Positions 14,931-25,789 of a stretch of 64,000 bases of DNA are shown one piece after another (the first letter of the stretch is position 1; every line of letters starts with the position of its first letter). The position numbers were made by a program, and so were the translations under genes. A model generated the notes under the pieces. That model saw only the letters and a list, made by a program, of their open reading frames with translations. It ran no database searches and was not told the origin of the DNA. Origin of the DNA: a virus (lineage: Duplodnaviria; Heunggongvirae; Uroviricota; Caudoviricetes); the IMG/VR virus record IMGVR_UViG_3300037467_003075, positions 64,001-128,000 of that record; one strand, 5' to 3'.

Positions 14931-15611
14931 ATGGCTAGAAGAAAATTGTCAGAAGAAGAAAAGGAAAAAATCGCAAACAAGGAATGGAAACAAACCCCCA
15001 TTTTTACTAGCGATGAAAAGTTGGCTTATAGGGCTAAGAATCTTACTGGCCCAAAGACACCAGAGGGAAAAATAAGGTCATTACAAAATTTAAGATGCGG
15101 AAGAAATAAGGGGGACATGCCGCGTATGAGTCACGGTGGCTATATAATGCGTCTGCTTGACCAAGAAGAACAAGATATGTACCAACAATACAAAGATGAA
15201 TTTCTAAAGGATTACGATATCAACGAATCTGCTGATGGTACAATATTAGAGCTTATTCTCATTGACAAGGTTAGATTATACAGAGTGATGAGGGCACAGT
15301 TTGAGAATCCGTCTATGGATATTGACAGGCCGTTGACCGAAATCACAAATAGATTAAATAAAAACTTAGATGCTCTAGGTGCGCTAAGAAAGCAACGATT
15401 AAAACAAGACGAACAGACAAATACAATTAGCATCGGTACTCTTGCACAGCAGTTTGCTAGAGAACTAATGTCGGGTAGTTTGCAGGAGGAATTGCAAAAG
15501 CAACAAGAGGAAGAGGCGCGTTTTCTATCAGAGAAGAAGAAGCGCGAAGCCCAAACTATTGATGCCGAATACGAGGTAGTTGAGGAAGATGACAAGTCAA
15601 CCGAACTATGA
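14931..15611 (+). CDS. Probable terminase small subunit
   Basis: GPKTPEGK..S..N..HGGY motif; directly upstream of and overlapping terL. Confidence 0.65.
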   Translation: MARRKLSEEEKEKIANKEWKQTPIFTSDEKLAYRAKNLTGPKTPEGKIRSLQNLRCGRNKGDMPRMSHGGYIMRLLDQEEQDMYQQYKDEFLKDYDINESADGTILELILIDKVRLYRVMRAQFENPSMDIDRPLTEITNRLNKNLDALGALRKQRLKQDEQTNTISIGTLAQQFARELMSGSLQEELQKQQEEEARFLSEKKKREAQTIDAEYEVVEEDDKSTEL

Positions 15612-17223
15612 TTTTATAGGCAAAGATGTAACATCATTATCTGATGAACAAAGACAGATGGTGAATTTCTTTCAAAGCAATCCAGATGTGGCAGCGGCAA
15701 GACTACTAGTGAGAAACGACAAGCCTTGTCGCCTTGCTGTACACCAAAGGCTGATTATTAAAGGGTTATGGAAGCACCAGTTTAATCTGTTGATACTAAC
15801 TCGTGGTGGTGGCAAAACCTTCTTGCTTGCTTTATATTGCTTACTTAAAGCAATGTTGTATCCAAGGGAAAAGTGTGTAATTGCTTCAAGCTCTTATCGT
15901 CAAGCACAGTTCACATTTGATGAGGTCATTAAGTTCTATGACGAATCACCTTTTCTGAGACAGGCATGCGAGAAACCGCCGACAAAAGGGCCAAACAGCT
16001 GCGAAATGCATCTTGAGGGTGGGTCTAAAATTATAGCTTACCCACTTGGTGATGGTCAAAAGATTCGTGGTGCCCGCGCAAACACATTGGTTCTTGACGA
16101 GGTTGCACAGGTTCCTTCTGACATTATCAATGTTGTTATCTTGCCGATGATGAACACCAAGCAAGACCCATTTGACACAACAGGAAGAAAAAACCACTTG
16201 GTAATGGCTAGTTCTGCATATTTCCAATTTAATCATCTTTATGAGAGATATTTGAAATATCAAGAGAGAGTCAATCCTAACTCTCCAGAGTATGATGCTA
16301 ACTATGGACTTCACATTTATACAGTAGACGATATGCCTCCTGGTTGGATGGACGAAGCAGTACTAAAAGAAGCTAAGGATACTCTTACAGAGTTACAGTA
16401 TCAAATGGAGTATCTGTGCCTATTCCCACCTGATTCAGACGGATTCTTTCCTGCCCATTTGGTTAACGGCGCAAGAAGGTCATCTGTTATCATCGAACCT
16501 TTTGGCGAAAAAGGTGCCAAATATGTATTTGGAATTGACCCTGCTCGTAGTGGGGACAATTTTGCGCTAGTTGTTATTAGACTGGGGCCGCCAAATAAAG
16601 TAGTTGCTTGTTATTCATTGCACAGAAGGACATTCCCAGAGATGCATGAGTTTATTCGTACAAAATTGCGCGAATACGAAAGCAACGGTGGCGAAGTAGT
16701 TCGTATCCACATGGATAATGGTGGCGGTGGACAGACATTAAAAGACTACTTGGCGGAAGAATATGCTTGGTATGATGTTAGCACAGAAAAATACAGAAGT
16801 GAACCAGCTGTGATTGACCAAGACGATGAGGAAATGCAATACATGTCTGGTCGCCGCATTCTTAGAATGCAAGTGTTCTCTGCTCAGTCCATCAACACAA
16901 TGAACTATGATCTTCGCGCAGATTTGGAACAAAAGAAAGTCCAGATTCCGTCTCAAGCACCAAGTCACGGTGAAGAGTATGAGGTAATCTTTGACGAGAT
17001 CGATGCTATGATCGAGGAGACGATGACTATCGTCACGACTCCACTTAAAAATGGCTTCCAGCACTTTGACACACCAAAACAGAGGATGAAGAAAGACCGA
17101 TATTCAGCATTCCTCTTGGCTTGTCAAGGAGCAAGAGAACTACAAAGAGACATAGCTGGCCCACCAGTTCCAAAGCTAGCAAGAGGTTTTGCTTCTACTT
17201 CATATCTTAATAGAACAGGATGA
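15589..17223 (+). CDS. terL: Terminase large subunit
   Basis: Walker A RGGGKT, Walker B RGARANTLVLDE, RNase H-like GIDPARSGDNFALVV, C-terminal KKDRYSA. Confidence 0.92.
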   Translation: MTSQPNYDFIGKDVTSLSDEQRQMVNFFQSNPDVAAARLLVRNDKPCRLAVHQRLIIKGLWKHQFNLLILTRGGGKTFLLALYCLLKAMLYPREKCVIASSSYRQAQFTFDEVIKFYDESPFLRQACEKPPTKGPNSCEMHLEGGSKIIAYPLGDGQKIRGARANTLVLDEVAQVPSDIINVVILPMMNTKQDPFDTTGRKNHLVMASSAYFQFNHLYERYLKYQERVNPNSPEYDANYGLHIYTVDDMPPGWMDEAVLKEAKDTLTELQYQMEYLCLFPPDSDGFFPAHLVNGARRSSVIIEPFGEKGAKYVFGIDPARSGDNFALVVIRLGPPNKVVACYSLHRRTFPEMHEFIRTKLREYESNGGEVVRIHMDNGGGGQTLKDYLAEEYAWYDVSTEKYRSEPAVIDQDDEEMQYMSGRRILRMQVFSAQSINTMNYDLRADLEQKKVQIPSQAPSHGEEYEVIFDEIDAMIEETMTIVTTPLKNGFQHFDTPKQRMKKDRYSAFLLACQGARELQRDIAGPPVPKLARGFASTSYLNRTG

Positions 17224-17286
17224 TATGAAGTGGGGAACTTTTAAATATTTTCGTAAATATATAATCGTTAGAGAGGAGGTAGTTAC

Positions 17287-19554
17287 ATGGGACAAGAAAT
17301 GGAGAAGAATAATGTTAGCAATATTATATCCACAGCCGATCTTGGCGAAGGTAGAAAGCAAGTAACATTCTCCGTTAATGCTTCAAGCCTTAAAGAGTAT
17401 CTTGATATGTTTCCTAATGCAGAAAACATTCAAGTTGATAATTATAAAATAGGAAAAGGAAGTGTTCTTAACCGATACGATGTAACCAAAAACTCATATT
17501 ATGGTTCAGGGTTCACTTCTAATGATTATCCATATACACAAGTTTATGCTAATCTTCCTACTGACCCACACAGAAAAATTAAGCTAGCTGTTGAGCTATA
17601 TTTCAAAGAGCCTATCGTTGGTTCAGTAGTTGACACAATGGTTGATTTTAGTTCGAGCGGATTCACAAATGAATGTGACGATGCAGAAATTAAGAAGATA
17701 TATGATAAATGGTGTGAAGAGATCAATATCAACGACCTACTTGAGAAGATTTTTCTTGAATACTATCGTTCTGGAAATGTAACTATTTACAGGAGTACGG
17801 ATAAAGCAAAGGTAAGAAAAAGAAGAAGGGCAAAGGGAGATAGTAAGGAGATTGACATCACTGAGTACTCGTTCCCATCTGCCTATAGCGTACTAAACCC
17901 GATGAATGTCTACATAAATGGCAACTTGATGTTCGGGAAAGAAGAAGTAATGTTGAAGCTGGCAAATGAAATGACTCAAATGCTTGCTAGTCCAGAAAGC
18001 CCAAGTAACTATTTGGCGGACATTCCAGAGGTGCTAAGAAAGAAAATCCGACAAACTCAAAATGGCGTGTTTCTGCCGCTTGAGAATGAATTGGTTTCCC
18101 GCATTACCCGTAAAAAAATGGATTATGAAAGGTATGCTTCACCATTCCTTGAGAGAGTCTTCGAGCCTGTTATGTATAAAGCCAAGCTAAGAATGATGGA
18201 TATGTCAACAATTGAAGGTCTAGTAAACCAGTTGGTAACAGTAACAGTGGGCGACAAAGAGTTCCCTGCTACCGACGAAGACCTTAAGGCCATTGCGGAA
18301 TTATTCCAAACACCAAATAAAGCCTATACTGTTTTCTGGAATCACACTCTAAAGGTAACATTCCATAAACCAGAGGGAATTGATACGCTCACATCTGAAA
18401 AATACAAGCAGGTCAACGAAGACATTATCGCTGGCCTTGGCATTAGCCGTACAGTGGTAGACGGCGGTGGTCAAGGCGGCGGCGCAGGGTTCTCAAGTGC
18501 ATGGATTTCTATCCTGTCACTGATTGAGCGACTTGACAACGCAAGAGGAAAAGTTAAGCACTGGTTGGAGCAAGAATACAAGATGGTCGCGGAAGAGAAC
18601 AACTTCAAGACATATCCAAGAGTTCGTTTTAACAATATGAATCTTCGCGAAGATACATATATCCGTGATGTTTTGTTGGCGATGTACGACAGAGGATTGC
18701 TTGACGAGGAAGATATTCTGACTGAAACTGGTCGTGACTATCAATCTGTTGTTGACATGAAGAAGCGAAACGATAAAAACAAAGACCTGTTCCTGCCACC
18801 TGAACAACCATTCCAAGGGGGCAAAACGGGGCCAAATAATCCTAATGGCACAGGGTCGCCAGGCGGAAGACAAAAAGTGCAACGCAAGCAAAACCCAGAG
18901 TCAAACAGCGGCAAGACACCCAAAGTAAGAAAAGCTACCGCATCATATGATAGCGAAGAGGAAGATTACGCTAATGAGTTGATTTCGCAATACGACTTTA
19001 TTCAGTCTGAGGTCATGAGTATCCTTGATTCAAACAAAAATGAAGACGATAGAGTGAAAAAGGTTTTGGTTGCTAGCACTATTATGAGCCTGTTTAAATC
19101 CTTAAGTTATATTGGATATAGATATATTGATTCTGTATTTGATAACGAAGTATCTCAATTCGACATTACTCCTAATGGAACGAGTGCAGGATTGATGAAG
19201 CGAGAACTAAAAGGATGGAACGACAGCTATGTTAGCAAGCTTGCAAACGATATCAATGACACGATTACTCAAGCTATTAGTGGAGGAGCATCTGTTCCAG
19301 ATGCAGTTGAAGGTGCATTTAAAGCCAACAAATATCGTGTAGGGTTGATGTCGCAAGCAGGAGTTTTGGAGTCAGTTAGACAAGCTCAAATTATCGGAAA
19401 CGAATTAGTCGGTAGCACGACAGCTACATGGGTTGCTCATATTGACGACAGAACATGTGCTACTTGCCACGGACTACATGGAAGACAATTTGCACTTGCT
19501 GATATTCCTCCAAGGCCGCATAGTGGTTGCAGATGTAGCCTTGAGTTCAATTAA
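17287..19554 (+). CDS. Portal protein fused to a Mu gpF-like minor head domain
   Basis: Position after terL. A G/P/Q-rich linker precedes a C-terminal WVAHIDDRTCATC..PPRPHSGCRC gpF-type signature. Confidence 0.78.
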   Translation: MGQEMEKNNVSNIISTADLGEGRKQVTFSVNASSLKEYLDMFPNAENIQVDNYKIGKGSVLNRYDVTKNSYYGSGFTSNDYPYTQVYANLPTDPHRKIKLAVELYFKEPIVGSVVDTMVDFSSSGFTNECDDAEIKKIYDKWCEEININDLLEKIFLEYYRSGNVTIYRSTDKAKVRKRRRAKGDSKEIDITEYSFPSAYSVLNPMNVYINGNLMFGKEEVMLKLANEMTQMLASPESPSNYLADIPEVLRKKIRQTQNGVFLPLENELVSRITRKKMDYERYASPFLERVFEPVMYKAKLRMMDMSTIEGLVNQLVTVTVGDKEFPATDEDLKAIAELFQTPNKAYTVFWNHTLKVTFHKPEGIDTLTSEKYKQVNEDIIAGLGISRTVVDGGGQGGGAGFSSAWISILSLIERLDNARGKVKHWLEQEYKMVAEENNFKTYPRVRFNNMNLREDTYIRDVLLAMYDRGLLDEEDILTETGRDYQSVVDMKKRNDKNKDLFLPPEQPFQGGKTGPNNPNGTGSPGGRQKVQRKQNPESNSGKTPKVRKATASYDSEEEDYANELISQYDFIQSEVMSILDSNKNEDDRVKKVLVASTIMSLFKSLSYIGYRYIDSVFDNEVSQFDITPNGTSAGLMKRELKGWNDSYVSKLANDINDTITQAISGGASVPDAVEGAFKANKYRVGLMSQAGVLESVRQAQIIGNELVGSTTATWVAHIDDRTCATCHGLHGRQFALADIPPRPHSGCRCSLEFN

Positions 19555-19571
19555 TAAAAGGTGGTGAGAAA

Positions 19572-21284
19572 ATGGACTTGAAAGAAGTACTGCTTGCGCA
19601 AGGATATAAAAAACTTGATCTTGATGTTTCTGTAGGCAGCTACGAAGAAATTCCACAACTTGACCCCGATTTAATGCATGTTAAATTTGTTATGTGTCAC
19701 GCTATTGAAAATGCCAATGGAGATACATTTACTAATGAAGTGTTAAAAGCTGCAAGATATACACCTAAGAACAAGCCTATTGATTGGGAGCATGGTCAAC
19801 CAATCATTGGACATATCACTGACAGCGAATACAAAGAAGATGAAAGTGGAGTTGGATATATAGAGGCTACTGGCGTCGTCTATAAGTTCATGTATCCAGA
19901 ACTATCTTCACAAATAAAGGAAAAGGCTTCTTCTGGCGAACTTAAGCTGTCAATGGAATGCTACTTCAAAGATGCAAACTATAAAATTGGTGAGCAGATT
20001 TTTGACCAAGATCAAGCAGAAAAGATGGGTCTTATTCCATATGTTGGAAGAGAATATATGGGAAGAAAAGTTGCCCGTATATTCAAAGAAGTAATCTTTG
20101 GTGGTGTTGGAGTAGTAGCTAAGCCAGCAGATAAAAAGGCTGTGTTTTTGTCAGTTGCTAAAGACTTAGGAATTGAATCTCCAGAAGAGTCGGTCGCTAG
20201 CATTGTCAATAGAAGCATTAATGACTTTACAACTAAGACACATGACAAAGATGTTAGCTATGCAGTTGTTATTGGCAAATATGTAAAAGCGTTTGACAAA
20301 GCAAAAAGCGCAGTAGTTTCCAAGTTTAATAACAATTCTTTAAAAACAAAAGATCAGTTGATGATTGAAGTTAGAGATTGTATTAATACGCTTGTTTCCG
20401 AAGTTACATCTATTAATGGTACATTGTATCGTGAGTATGCTAGTGAGGATTCAGAAGTTTTTGAAGAAAAAATTCAGGAAGCTATAGCTACAGCATTAAA
20501 CACAGACGATCAAGAAGCATATTTTAAGAAGGTTGAAGAAGAGTATGTTGTATACGACATTATAGATTATTCTCAGCCGTTAAAAACAATGAAAGCTAGT
20601 TTCAAATTTACTGATGATGTGCTAGACATTGATTTTACTGGCGCAACAGAATATGTAGAAAGTGAGGTAACTCAAGAAATGTCAGATATTCAAACAGATA
20701 TTGTAGCTGAAGAAGTAGTAGAAGCAACTGAAATTGAAACTCCTGTAGTTGCAGAAGAGGTTGTGGAAATTACAGAAGCGGCTAAGTCCGAAGATGATGG
20801 TAAGGATTCTGAGCCAGACAAAGACACGGACGACAAGAAAGGTAAGGCTAGCGAAGAAACTGAGCAAGAGATCGCAACGCTTAAATCGCAACTAGCAGAA
20901 GCAAATCAAAAAATTGCTAGCTTCGAAGCTCGTTTTGCTGAGATTGAGTCAGAGAAGATTGTTGCAAACCGCCTAGCAGACCTAAAAGATTCTGGTATCG
21001 AATTTAGCGGAAACCGTCTTGAGAAGGAATCGGCTAAGTTGAAATCACTTAGCAATGATGACTATACAGATTACAAAGAGCTATTGCTTGAAGTAGCTGG
21101 CAAGAAAGTTGAAGTTTCGACAGCTTCGAAAGAAGAAGTTGAAGACCTCGAAGATGCAACAGCATCAGAAGTTGAAGTTGAAGAAGATATTGTAGTAGAG
21201 GGCGCAAAGGCTACGGCTGGTTTGTCGGTAGAGACACCAGTTTCGGAATCTCGTCCATTCGGGCACCTTGCTCGTAGTAAGTAA
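19572..21284 (+). CDS. Prohead protease/scaffold protein
   Basis: N-terminal globular domain (NANGDTF, PIDWEH, LSME) and acidic coiled-coil C-terminus; lies between portal and capsid genes. Confidence 0.7.
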   Translation: MDLKEVLLAQGYKKLDLDVSVGSYEEIPQLDPDLMHVKFVMCHAIENANGDTFTNEVLKAARYTPKNKPIDWEHGQPIIGHITDSEYKEDESGVGYIEATGVVYKFMYPELSSQIKEKASSGELKLSMECYFKDANYKIGEQIFDQDQAEKMGLIPYVGREYMGRKVARIFKEVIFGGVGVVAKPADKKAVFLSVAKDLGIESPEESVASIVNRSINDFTTKTHDKDVSYAVVIGKYVKAFDKAKSAVVSKFNNNSLKTKDQLMIEVRDCINTLVSEVTSINGTLYREYASEDSEVFEEKIQEAIATALNTDDQEAYFKKVEEEYVVYDIIDYSQPLKTMKASFKFTDDVLDIDFTGATEYVESEVTQEMSDIQTDIVAEEVVEATEIETPVVAEEVVEITEAAKSEDDGKDSEPDKDTDDKKGKASEETEQEIATLKSQLAEANQKIASFEARFAEIESEKIVANRLADLKDSGIEFSGNRLEKESAKLKSLSNDDYTDYKELLLEVAGKKVEVSTASKEEVEDLEDATASEVEVEEDIVVEGAKATAGLSVETPVSESRPFGHLARSK

Positions 21285-21321
21285 TTATAATATAAATATT
21301 TTATAGGAGGATATTAAACCA

Positions 21322-21741
21322 ATGATTAAAGAACTTTTCGTTGAAGGTATCAATCCTTACCTAAGTTCAGACAACACGCTTACTGCTGGTCAGCTAGTTA
21401 AATATGATGCTGCAAACCCAGGTAAGATTCTTGTTGCTGGTGCTGGTGAGGCAGTTGCTGGTATCGTAGCTCAAGATGTTATCGCAGCAAATGTTGATAA
21501 CTACAAACTTGATAGCGTAACACACAAAGCTCGCGTAGGCGACAAAGTTGGTGTTTACTACGGTGGCGGTGTTTTCATTACTGACCAATATAGCGGTAAT
21601 ATTACTGCTCCTGGAACAAACCTATATGCTGGCGCAGCTGGTAAGCTAGTTACAACTGTATCTGGTAATGCAGTAGCTGTTGCTGAGACTGTTGGTAATT
21701 CTGCAAGCGGCGACAAAATTCGCATTAAGCTAATTGGTTAA
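21322..21741 (+). CDS. Head decoration/cement protein
   Basis: 139-aa G/A/V-rich beta protein immediately before the major capsid gene. Confidence 0.65.
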   Translation: MIKELFVEGINPYLSSDNTLTAGQLVKYDAANPGKILVAGAGEAVAGIVAQDVIAANVDNYKLDSVTHKARVGDKVGVYYGGGVFITDQYSGNITAPGTNLYAGAAGKLVTTVSGNAVAVAETVGNSASGDKIRIKLIG

Positions 21742-21777
21742 TTAGTTTAACTAAAAATAAACGGAGGTAAAAGATAA

Positions 21778-22680
21778 ATGGACTTCAAAATTTCATTGGC
21801 TCATGACTATGTTGCCGATAAAGTTCTAGAAAAAGAGCAGTTGGAAAAATTCGTATCGGATTTCAAATCAACTGCAAGCGATGAGATTCTTCGTCAAGCA
21901 TTCGCGGCTAGCTTGAGCATTCCAGTATTGAAGAATATTCCGCCACAAACATCGGTGCGTAATATCTTCGCTGTTGATGTACTTCCTGCGGGAGCACTTG
22001 CTGAGTACCCAATCGACTTGAACGACATTGAGACGGCAATTGTTATGCCTCGTCTTGGTGCAGTTCCTCAAAACCTAGTAGTTGGTGACAGCTTGATCGT
22101 GCCAACATTCGAGGTTTCTGACAGCGTTGAGTGGAAACTTTCATTCGTTCGTGACGGTCGTTTCAACATTGTTGAACGCGCACTACAAAAACTTGCAGAA
22201 GCTTTCGTTCGTTATGAAGAAGAAAGTGGTTGGGCAGTAATTCGTTCATCGATTGATGGCTCAAACACAGTAACATCTTCTGAGACAAGCCTAACAAAAG
22301 ATGCTTTCAATGATTTGATTACATTCATGAGCAAGACTGGCTATACTCCAACTGACATCTATGTTTCGCCAAATCGTGCGAAAAATATTCGTTCGTGGAC
22401 TTATACAACTCTTGACCCTTGGACTCAGAAAGAGATTTTCCAAGCTGGTGGATTGAATCAAATTTGGAATGTACAACTTCACGAACTTCGTACTCTTTCC
22501 GATAGCGAAGTATACTTGTTTGATACAACTCGTTATGGCGTTATGCCTATTCGCACAGAGCTAACTACATACGATGACCCAACTGCTATCCGCCGTCTTC
22601 GTAATGGCGTTCTAGCTTGGGAAGAAATCGGCTTTGCAGCGATTGACAAAAAAGCAGTAGCGAAACTTGCATTCAGCTAA
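21778..22680 (+). CDS. Major capsid protein (HK97 fold likely)
   Basis: 300 aa, biased codon usage suggesting high expression, synteny, followed by a terminator. Confidence 0.8.
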   Translation: MDFKISLAHDYVADKVLEKEQLEKFVSDFKSTASDEILRQAFAASLSIPVLKNIPPQTSVRNIFAVDVLPAGALAEYPIDLNDIETAIVMPRLGAVPQNLVVGDSLIVPTFEVSDSVEWKLSFVRDGRFNIVERALQKLAEAFVRYEEESGWAVIRSSIDGSNTVTSSETSLTKDAFNDLITFMSKTGYTPTDIYVSPNRAKNIRSWTYTTLDPWTQKEIFQAGGLNQIWNVQLHELRTLSDSEVYLFDTTRYGVMPIRTELTTYDDPTAIRRLRNGVLAWEEIGFAAIDKKAVAKLAFS

Positions 22681-22697
22681 TTTTTAAATAAGACAGA

Positions 22698-22745
22698 AGA
22701 CCATCCCCCTCAATTAAAATAATTGGGGGATAGATGGTCTTTATT
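22698..22745 (+). terminator. Probable intrinsic terminator after the capsid gene
   Basis: AGACCATC...CCCTCAATT/AATTGGGG...GATGGTCT followed by TTATT. Confidence 0.6.
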
Positions 22746-22768
22746 ACTAAAAGGAGAGGTAAAAAATA

Positions 22769-23374
22769 ATGGATTGGGAAAAAGAATTTGAGGTTGAAAA
22801 TATTTCAGATACTGTTCTTATTGCTGATGTGTTGACTATCTACAGTAAATCAAAGGAAATTATTAACCCAGGCAGATATCCTGAGAGAACCATCAGTGGT
22901 CTACAGAATTTTCATAAAAGAGGTTTGATTAAAGTCACCAACGACTTCGTAGACAATAGAAAAAAGTCAAATATATCAAACATTATTACTAAGCAAGTTG
23001 AGACTACAAAAGACCCTCATGGAGGTAAGCATTCGCACATCGTACTTAATGGAGGGCTTGATACTGGTGGCAAAGCAATTGAAACAGGAAGCGAAAGAGC
23101 AGAGAGACTTGCAAAAGCTAACTCTGATATAGAAGAATATGAAGATGCTACTTATGAGTCACCTGTCGTAAAAACCGTTGAGGTAAAAGATGAAGACAGA
23201 ATGACAAGAGAAGAAGCTGTTGAATTGCTAAGCTCACACTGGAAAAGAGTTGAGTCGGAAGTCAATAAGATCAATGATGCACGAAAGCTTAATTTCCTTT
23301 TAGTAGTTGCTATTGAAGAAAAAGTAGCGGACAAAAAGAGAGAGATTATAGAAGAAAAGCTAAATCAAATCTAA
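22769..23374 (+). CDS. Hypothetical virion-module protein
   Basis: 201-aa ORF with AAGGAGAGG RBS. Confidence 0.7.
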   Translation: MDWEKEFEVENISDTVLIADVLTIYSKSKEIINPGRYPERTISGLQNFHKRGLIKVTNDFVDNRKKSNISNIITKQVETTKDPHGGKHSHIVLNGGLDTGGKAIETGSERAERLAKANSDIEEYEDATYESPVVKTVEVKDEDRMTREEAVELLSSHWKRVESEVNKINDARKLNFLLVVAIEEKVADKKREIIEEKLNQI

Positions 23375-23386
23375 ACATTTGATAGG

Positions 23387-23414
23387 GGTAGGGATGTTAT
23401 TCCCTACCTTTTTT
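23387..23414 (+). terminator. Intrinsic terminator
   Basis: GGTAGGGA-TGTTAT-TCCCTACC-TTTTTT. Confidence 0.75.
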
Positions 23415-23446
23415 AGATAAAAAACCTTTAGGGGAGGAGGGCAAGA

Positions 23447-23890
23447 ATGATTACAGTAGATGATGTTCTTAAAGTCTTCAGACGCAGAATAGGCGATACC
23501 GACACTCCATTTACATATGAAGATGATTTACTATATGGATATATTAGTGATGCTGTAAATCAAGTTGAGATTGATTATAACAGAGGTATCAGCGTAAACA
23601 TTACAACTGAGGGCGATATAACTACTGCTACATTTGACAGTCCTATTGATTTGCAAGGTGGCGATGCACAACTATTCGCTATCAAAGCCCATTACATTAT
23701 TACCCTAAGAACAAAGGATAGGTCAGACAGAGACAACTTTAGAATGGTTAAGGGTCGCTTGACGCTTGACAATACAAACCAATCAAAAGACCATGCCGAA
23801 ACCTTGCGACTTCTGGATATCGAGTATAAAAATACGCTTTACAAAGCTAGAACTGGCGGCTTTTCTATAAAAGGGGTGAGGGTTGAATGA
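23447..23890 (+). CDS. Probable head-tail adaptor
   Basis: Helical 147-aa protein (RRRIGDTD..YEDDLL..YISDAV) in neck position. Confidence 0.6.
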   Translation: MITVDDVLKVFRRRIGDTDTPFTYEDDLLYGYISDAVNQVEIDYNRGISVNITTEGDITTATFDSPIDLQGGDAQLFAIKAHYIITLRTKDRSDRDNFRMVKGRLTLDNTNQSKDHAETLRLLDIEYKNTLYKARTGGFSIKGVRVE

Positions 23891-24381
23891 TAATCCCAAC
23901 ATCCAATCTCAGAAATATGCTTAAGGCTATTAGTGATGGAAATCATGTTTTTAACGAAACTATAAGCCTATATGTTAATACAAAAACAGATTGCCCAGAT
24001 TGTGATTTTGACCCTGTTAGGAAGGAGTCAACAGACCCAAACTGTCAAACATGTGGTGGCGTAGGAAAAATTATTACAGAGGTAAGTTACGATATTCCTG
24101 CATCTGTTGAGCAAGAAGAAGATTTTAAATATGACTTTTCTAAAGCGGGGAAATTCTTGAAAGGGCAGATTTATGCCACATTAGATATTTTGGAGATCAA
24201 TACTATATTAGACCCTACTAGCAAGTACGACCTTAATGATTATAAACAAATGAAATCGTTTGTAGAATCGTTTGATTATATAAAATGGAAGGGCGCGAAA
24301 TATAAGATTGAGCAATTTGAGCCTGGTTGGTTACAGGGAATATTGTATGAGATTGGCCTTACGCTATCCATTATGGAGTGA
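23887..24381 (+). CDS. Probable head closure/neck protein with CxxC..CxxC
   Basis: CPDC..CQTCGG; synteny. Confidence 0.55.
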   Translation: MIIPTSNLRNMLKAISDGNHVFNETISLYVNTKTDCPDCDFDPVRKESTDPNCQTCGGVGKIITEVSYDIPASVEQEEDFKYDFSKAGKFLKGQIYATLDILEINTILDPTSKYDLNDYKQMKSFVESFDYIKWKGAKYKIEQFEPGWLQGILYEIGLTLSIME

Positions 24382-25094
24382 TTGCAATGGTTACAACCAA
24401 CTTATCTGATCTTCAAAACCACATAAGGAAAGTATTCGGCGAACTTCTTACAACAAATGCATTGGACTCATATGCAAAACAAGCGGGGCTAAGCATGAAA
24501 GAAGAAGTCATTGAAAAGATGAGTCGAGCGGGACATGACTACTATCAAAGCGGAACCATGATGAGGCTCATGAAGAGTGAATTGCCCAGAATACACCTGA
24601 ATAATACCAAGACAAAAATGACAATTGGCTTAGGCGAGGTTGATGAATGGAACTGGGAAACAAAGCGTGGCCCACAAAGAGCAACTTTTATGATTCCAGA
24701 TACAGGCGAGGAAAAGACGATTCGCTTAAGACCTGAACAAGACCTACCAGCTTGGATAATCATGGAGTTTGGTAGAAGACAAGGTAATGGTGTAGGAGCA
24801 ACTGGAATACCAAAAGATTTTCTTGTTAGCTACACTGCAAGAGATCAATCAAAAGAGCATATGTTTGGCCCATCATCAAGCTATCATTTTAGGAAGCCAG
24901 TCTTTTTTATGACACATAAACAAAAAAGTGACGCTCCAGCCAGTATCCATCCTGGTATCAAAGCAGGGAATTTCTTTAGAGATGGGCTAAAGGCTTCGCA
25001 GGAAGATGTCCAAAACAAACTAGCTCTTGGAATTGAAGCATCCCTAAACGAGATTGCGGCGAAATATGGGGGAAGGGTGGAAAGTACATTATGA
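24378..25094 (+). CDS. Probable tail completion protein (HK97 gp10-like position)
   Basis: Synteny; C-terminal HPGIKAGNFFRDG motif. Confidence 0.55.
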   Translation: MIAMVTTNLSDLQNHIRKVFGELLTTNALDSYAKQAGLSMKEEVIEKMSRAGHDYYQSGTMMRLMKSELPRIHLNNTKTKMTIGLGEVDEWNWETKRGPQRATFMIPDTGEEKTIRLRPEQDLPAWIIMEFGRRQGNGVGATGIPKDFLVSYTARDQSKEHMFGPSSSYHFRKPVFFMTHKQKSDAPASIHPGIKAGNFFRDGLKASQEDVQNKLALGIEASLNEIAAKYGGRVESTL

Positions 25095-25771
25095 AAACAA
25101 CAAGACTTGTAGAGCTATCGCTATACTACAAGCTAAAGGATTCACTATCAATAAAAAGGACTGGTGAGACACTAACTAGTGTAGACTTTATATCTTATAA
25201 TCTTAAATATGATAATATAACAACTACATTTGATGTGGTAGTGTATGTAGACGGAGAGATAGCTACATCTGGTTATGTGGTTGATTACATAAATGGGATA
25301 ATAAAGTTTGACAGCGCGTTAAGTTCATCAAATATAGTGAAAGCCGATTATTACTATTGTCCGTACAGAATCTATGACGAAAGCTCAAGTGAAACAACGG
25401 ACAACTTCAAGTATCCTGCTATCGCGATATATGAAGACGAAACCGAAACAGAGCCATATGAAATTGGTACTGCAACAACAGAAAAAGTGAAGTCATATGT
25501 AGTTCAGGTGTGGTCTGAGCGCGGTGGAGAAAGAAACGATGTTACAGACAGCATTGTAGAAATACTGGAAAGAAGTATACCTATTATAGATTATAATGCG
25601 GGTTTTCCAGTTAATAATGATGGAACAAAGAATATGTCGTTTAATCCTAATAGCATCGTAACCGTAGCCGTCAGTGATAGCATTAATTATAGAAAAGGCG
25701 GAAGTTTAGATATAGGAACGAAACCGAAATACTTTGCAGAAATCTATGTAGATTTTAAAATTTTTATATAA
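25091..25771 (+). CDS. Probable tail terminator
   Basis: YPAIAIYED..YEIG..VQVWSE..ERNDV, directly before the tail tube gene. Confidence 0.55.
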   Translation: MKTTRLVELSLYYKLKDSLSIKRTGETLTSVDFISYNLKYDNITTTFDVVVYVDGEIATSGYVVDYINGIIKFDSALSSSNIVKADYYYCPYRIYDESSSETTDNFKYPAIAIYEDETETEPYEIGTATTEKVKSYVVQVWSERGGERNDVTDSIVEILERSIPIIDYNAGFPVNNDGTKNMSFNPNSIVTVAVSDSINYRKGGSLDIGTKPKYFAEIYVDFKIFI

Positions 25772-25789
25772 TAAGGGAGAGATAAAATA

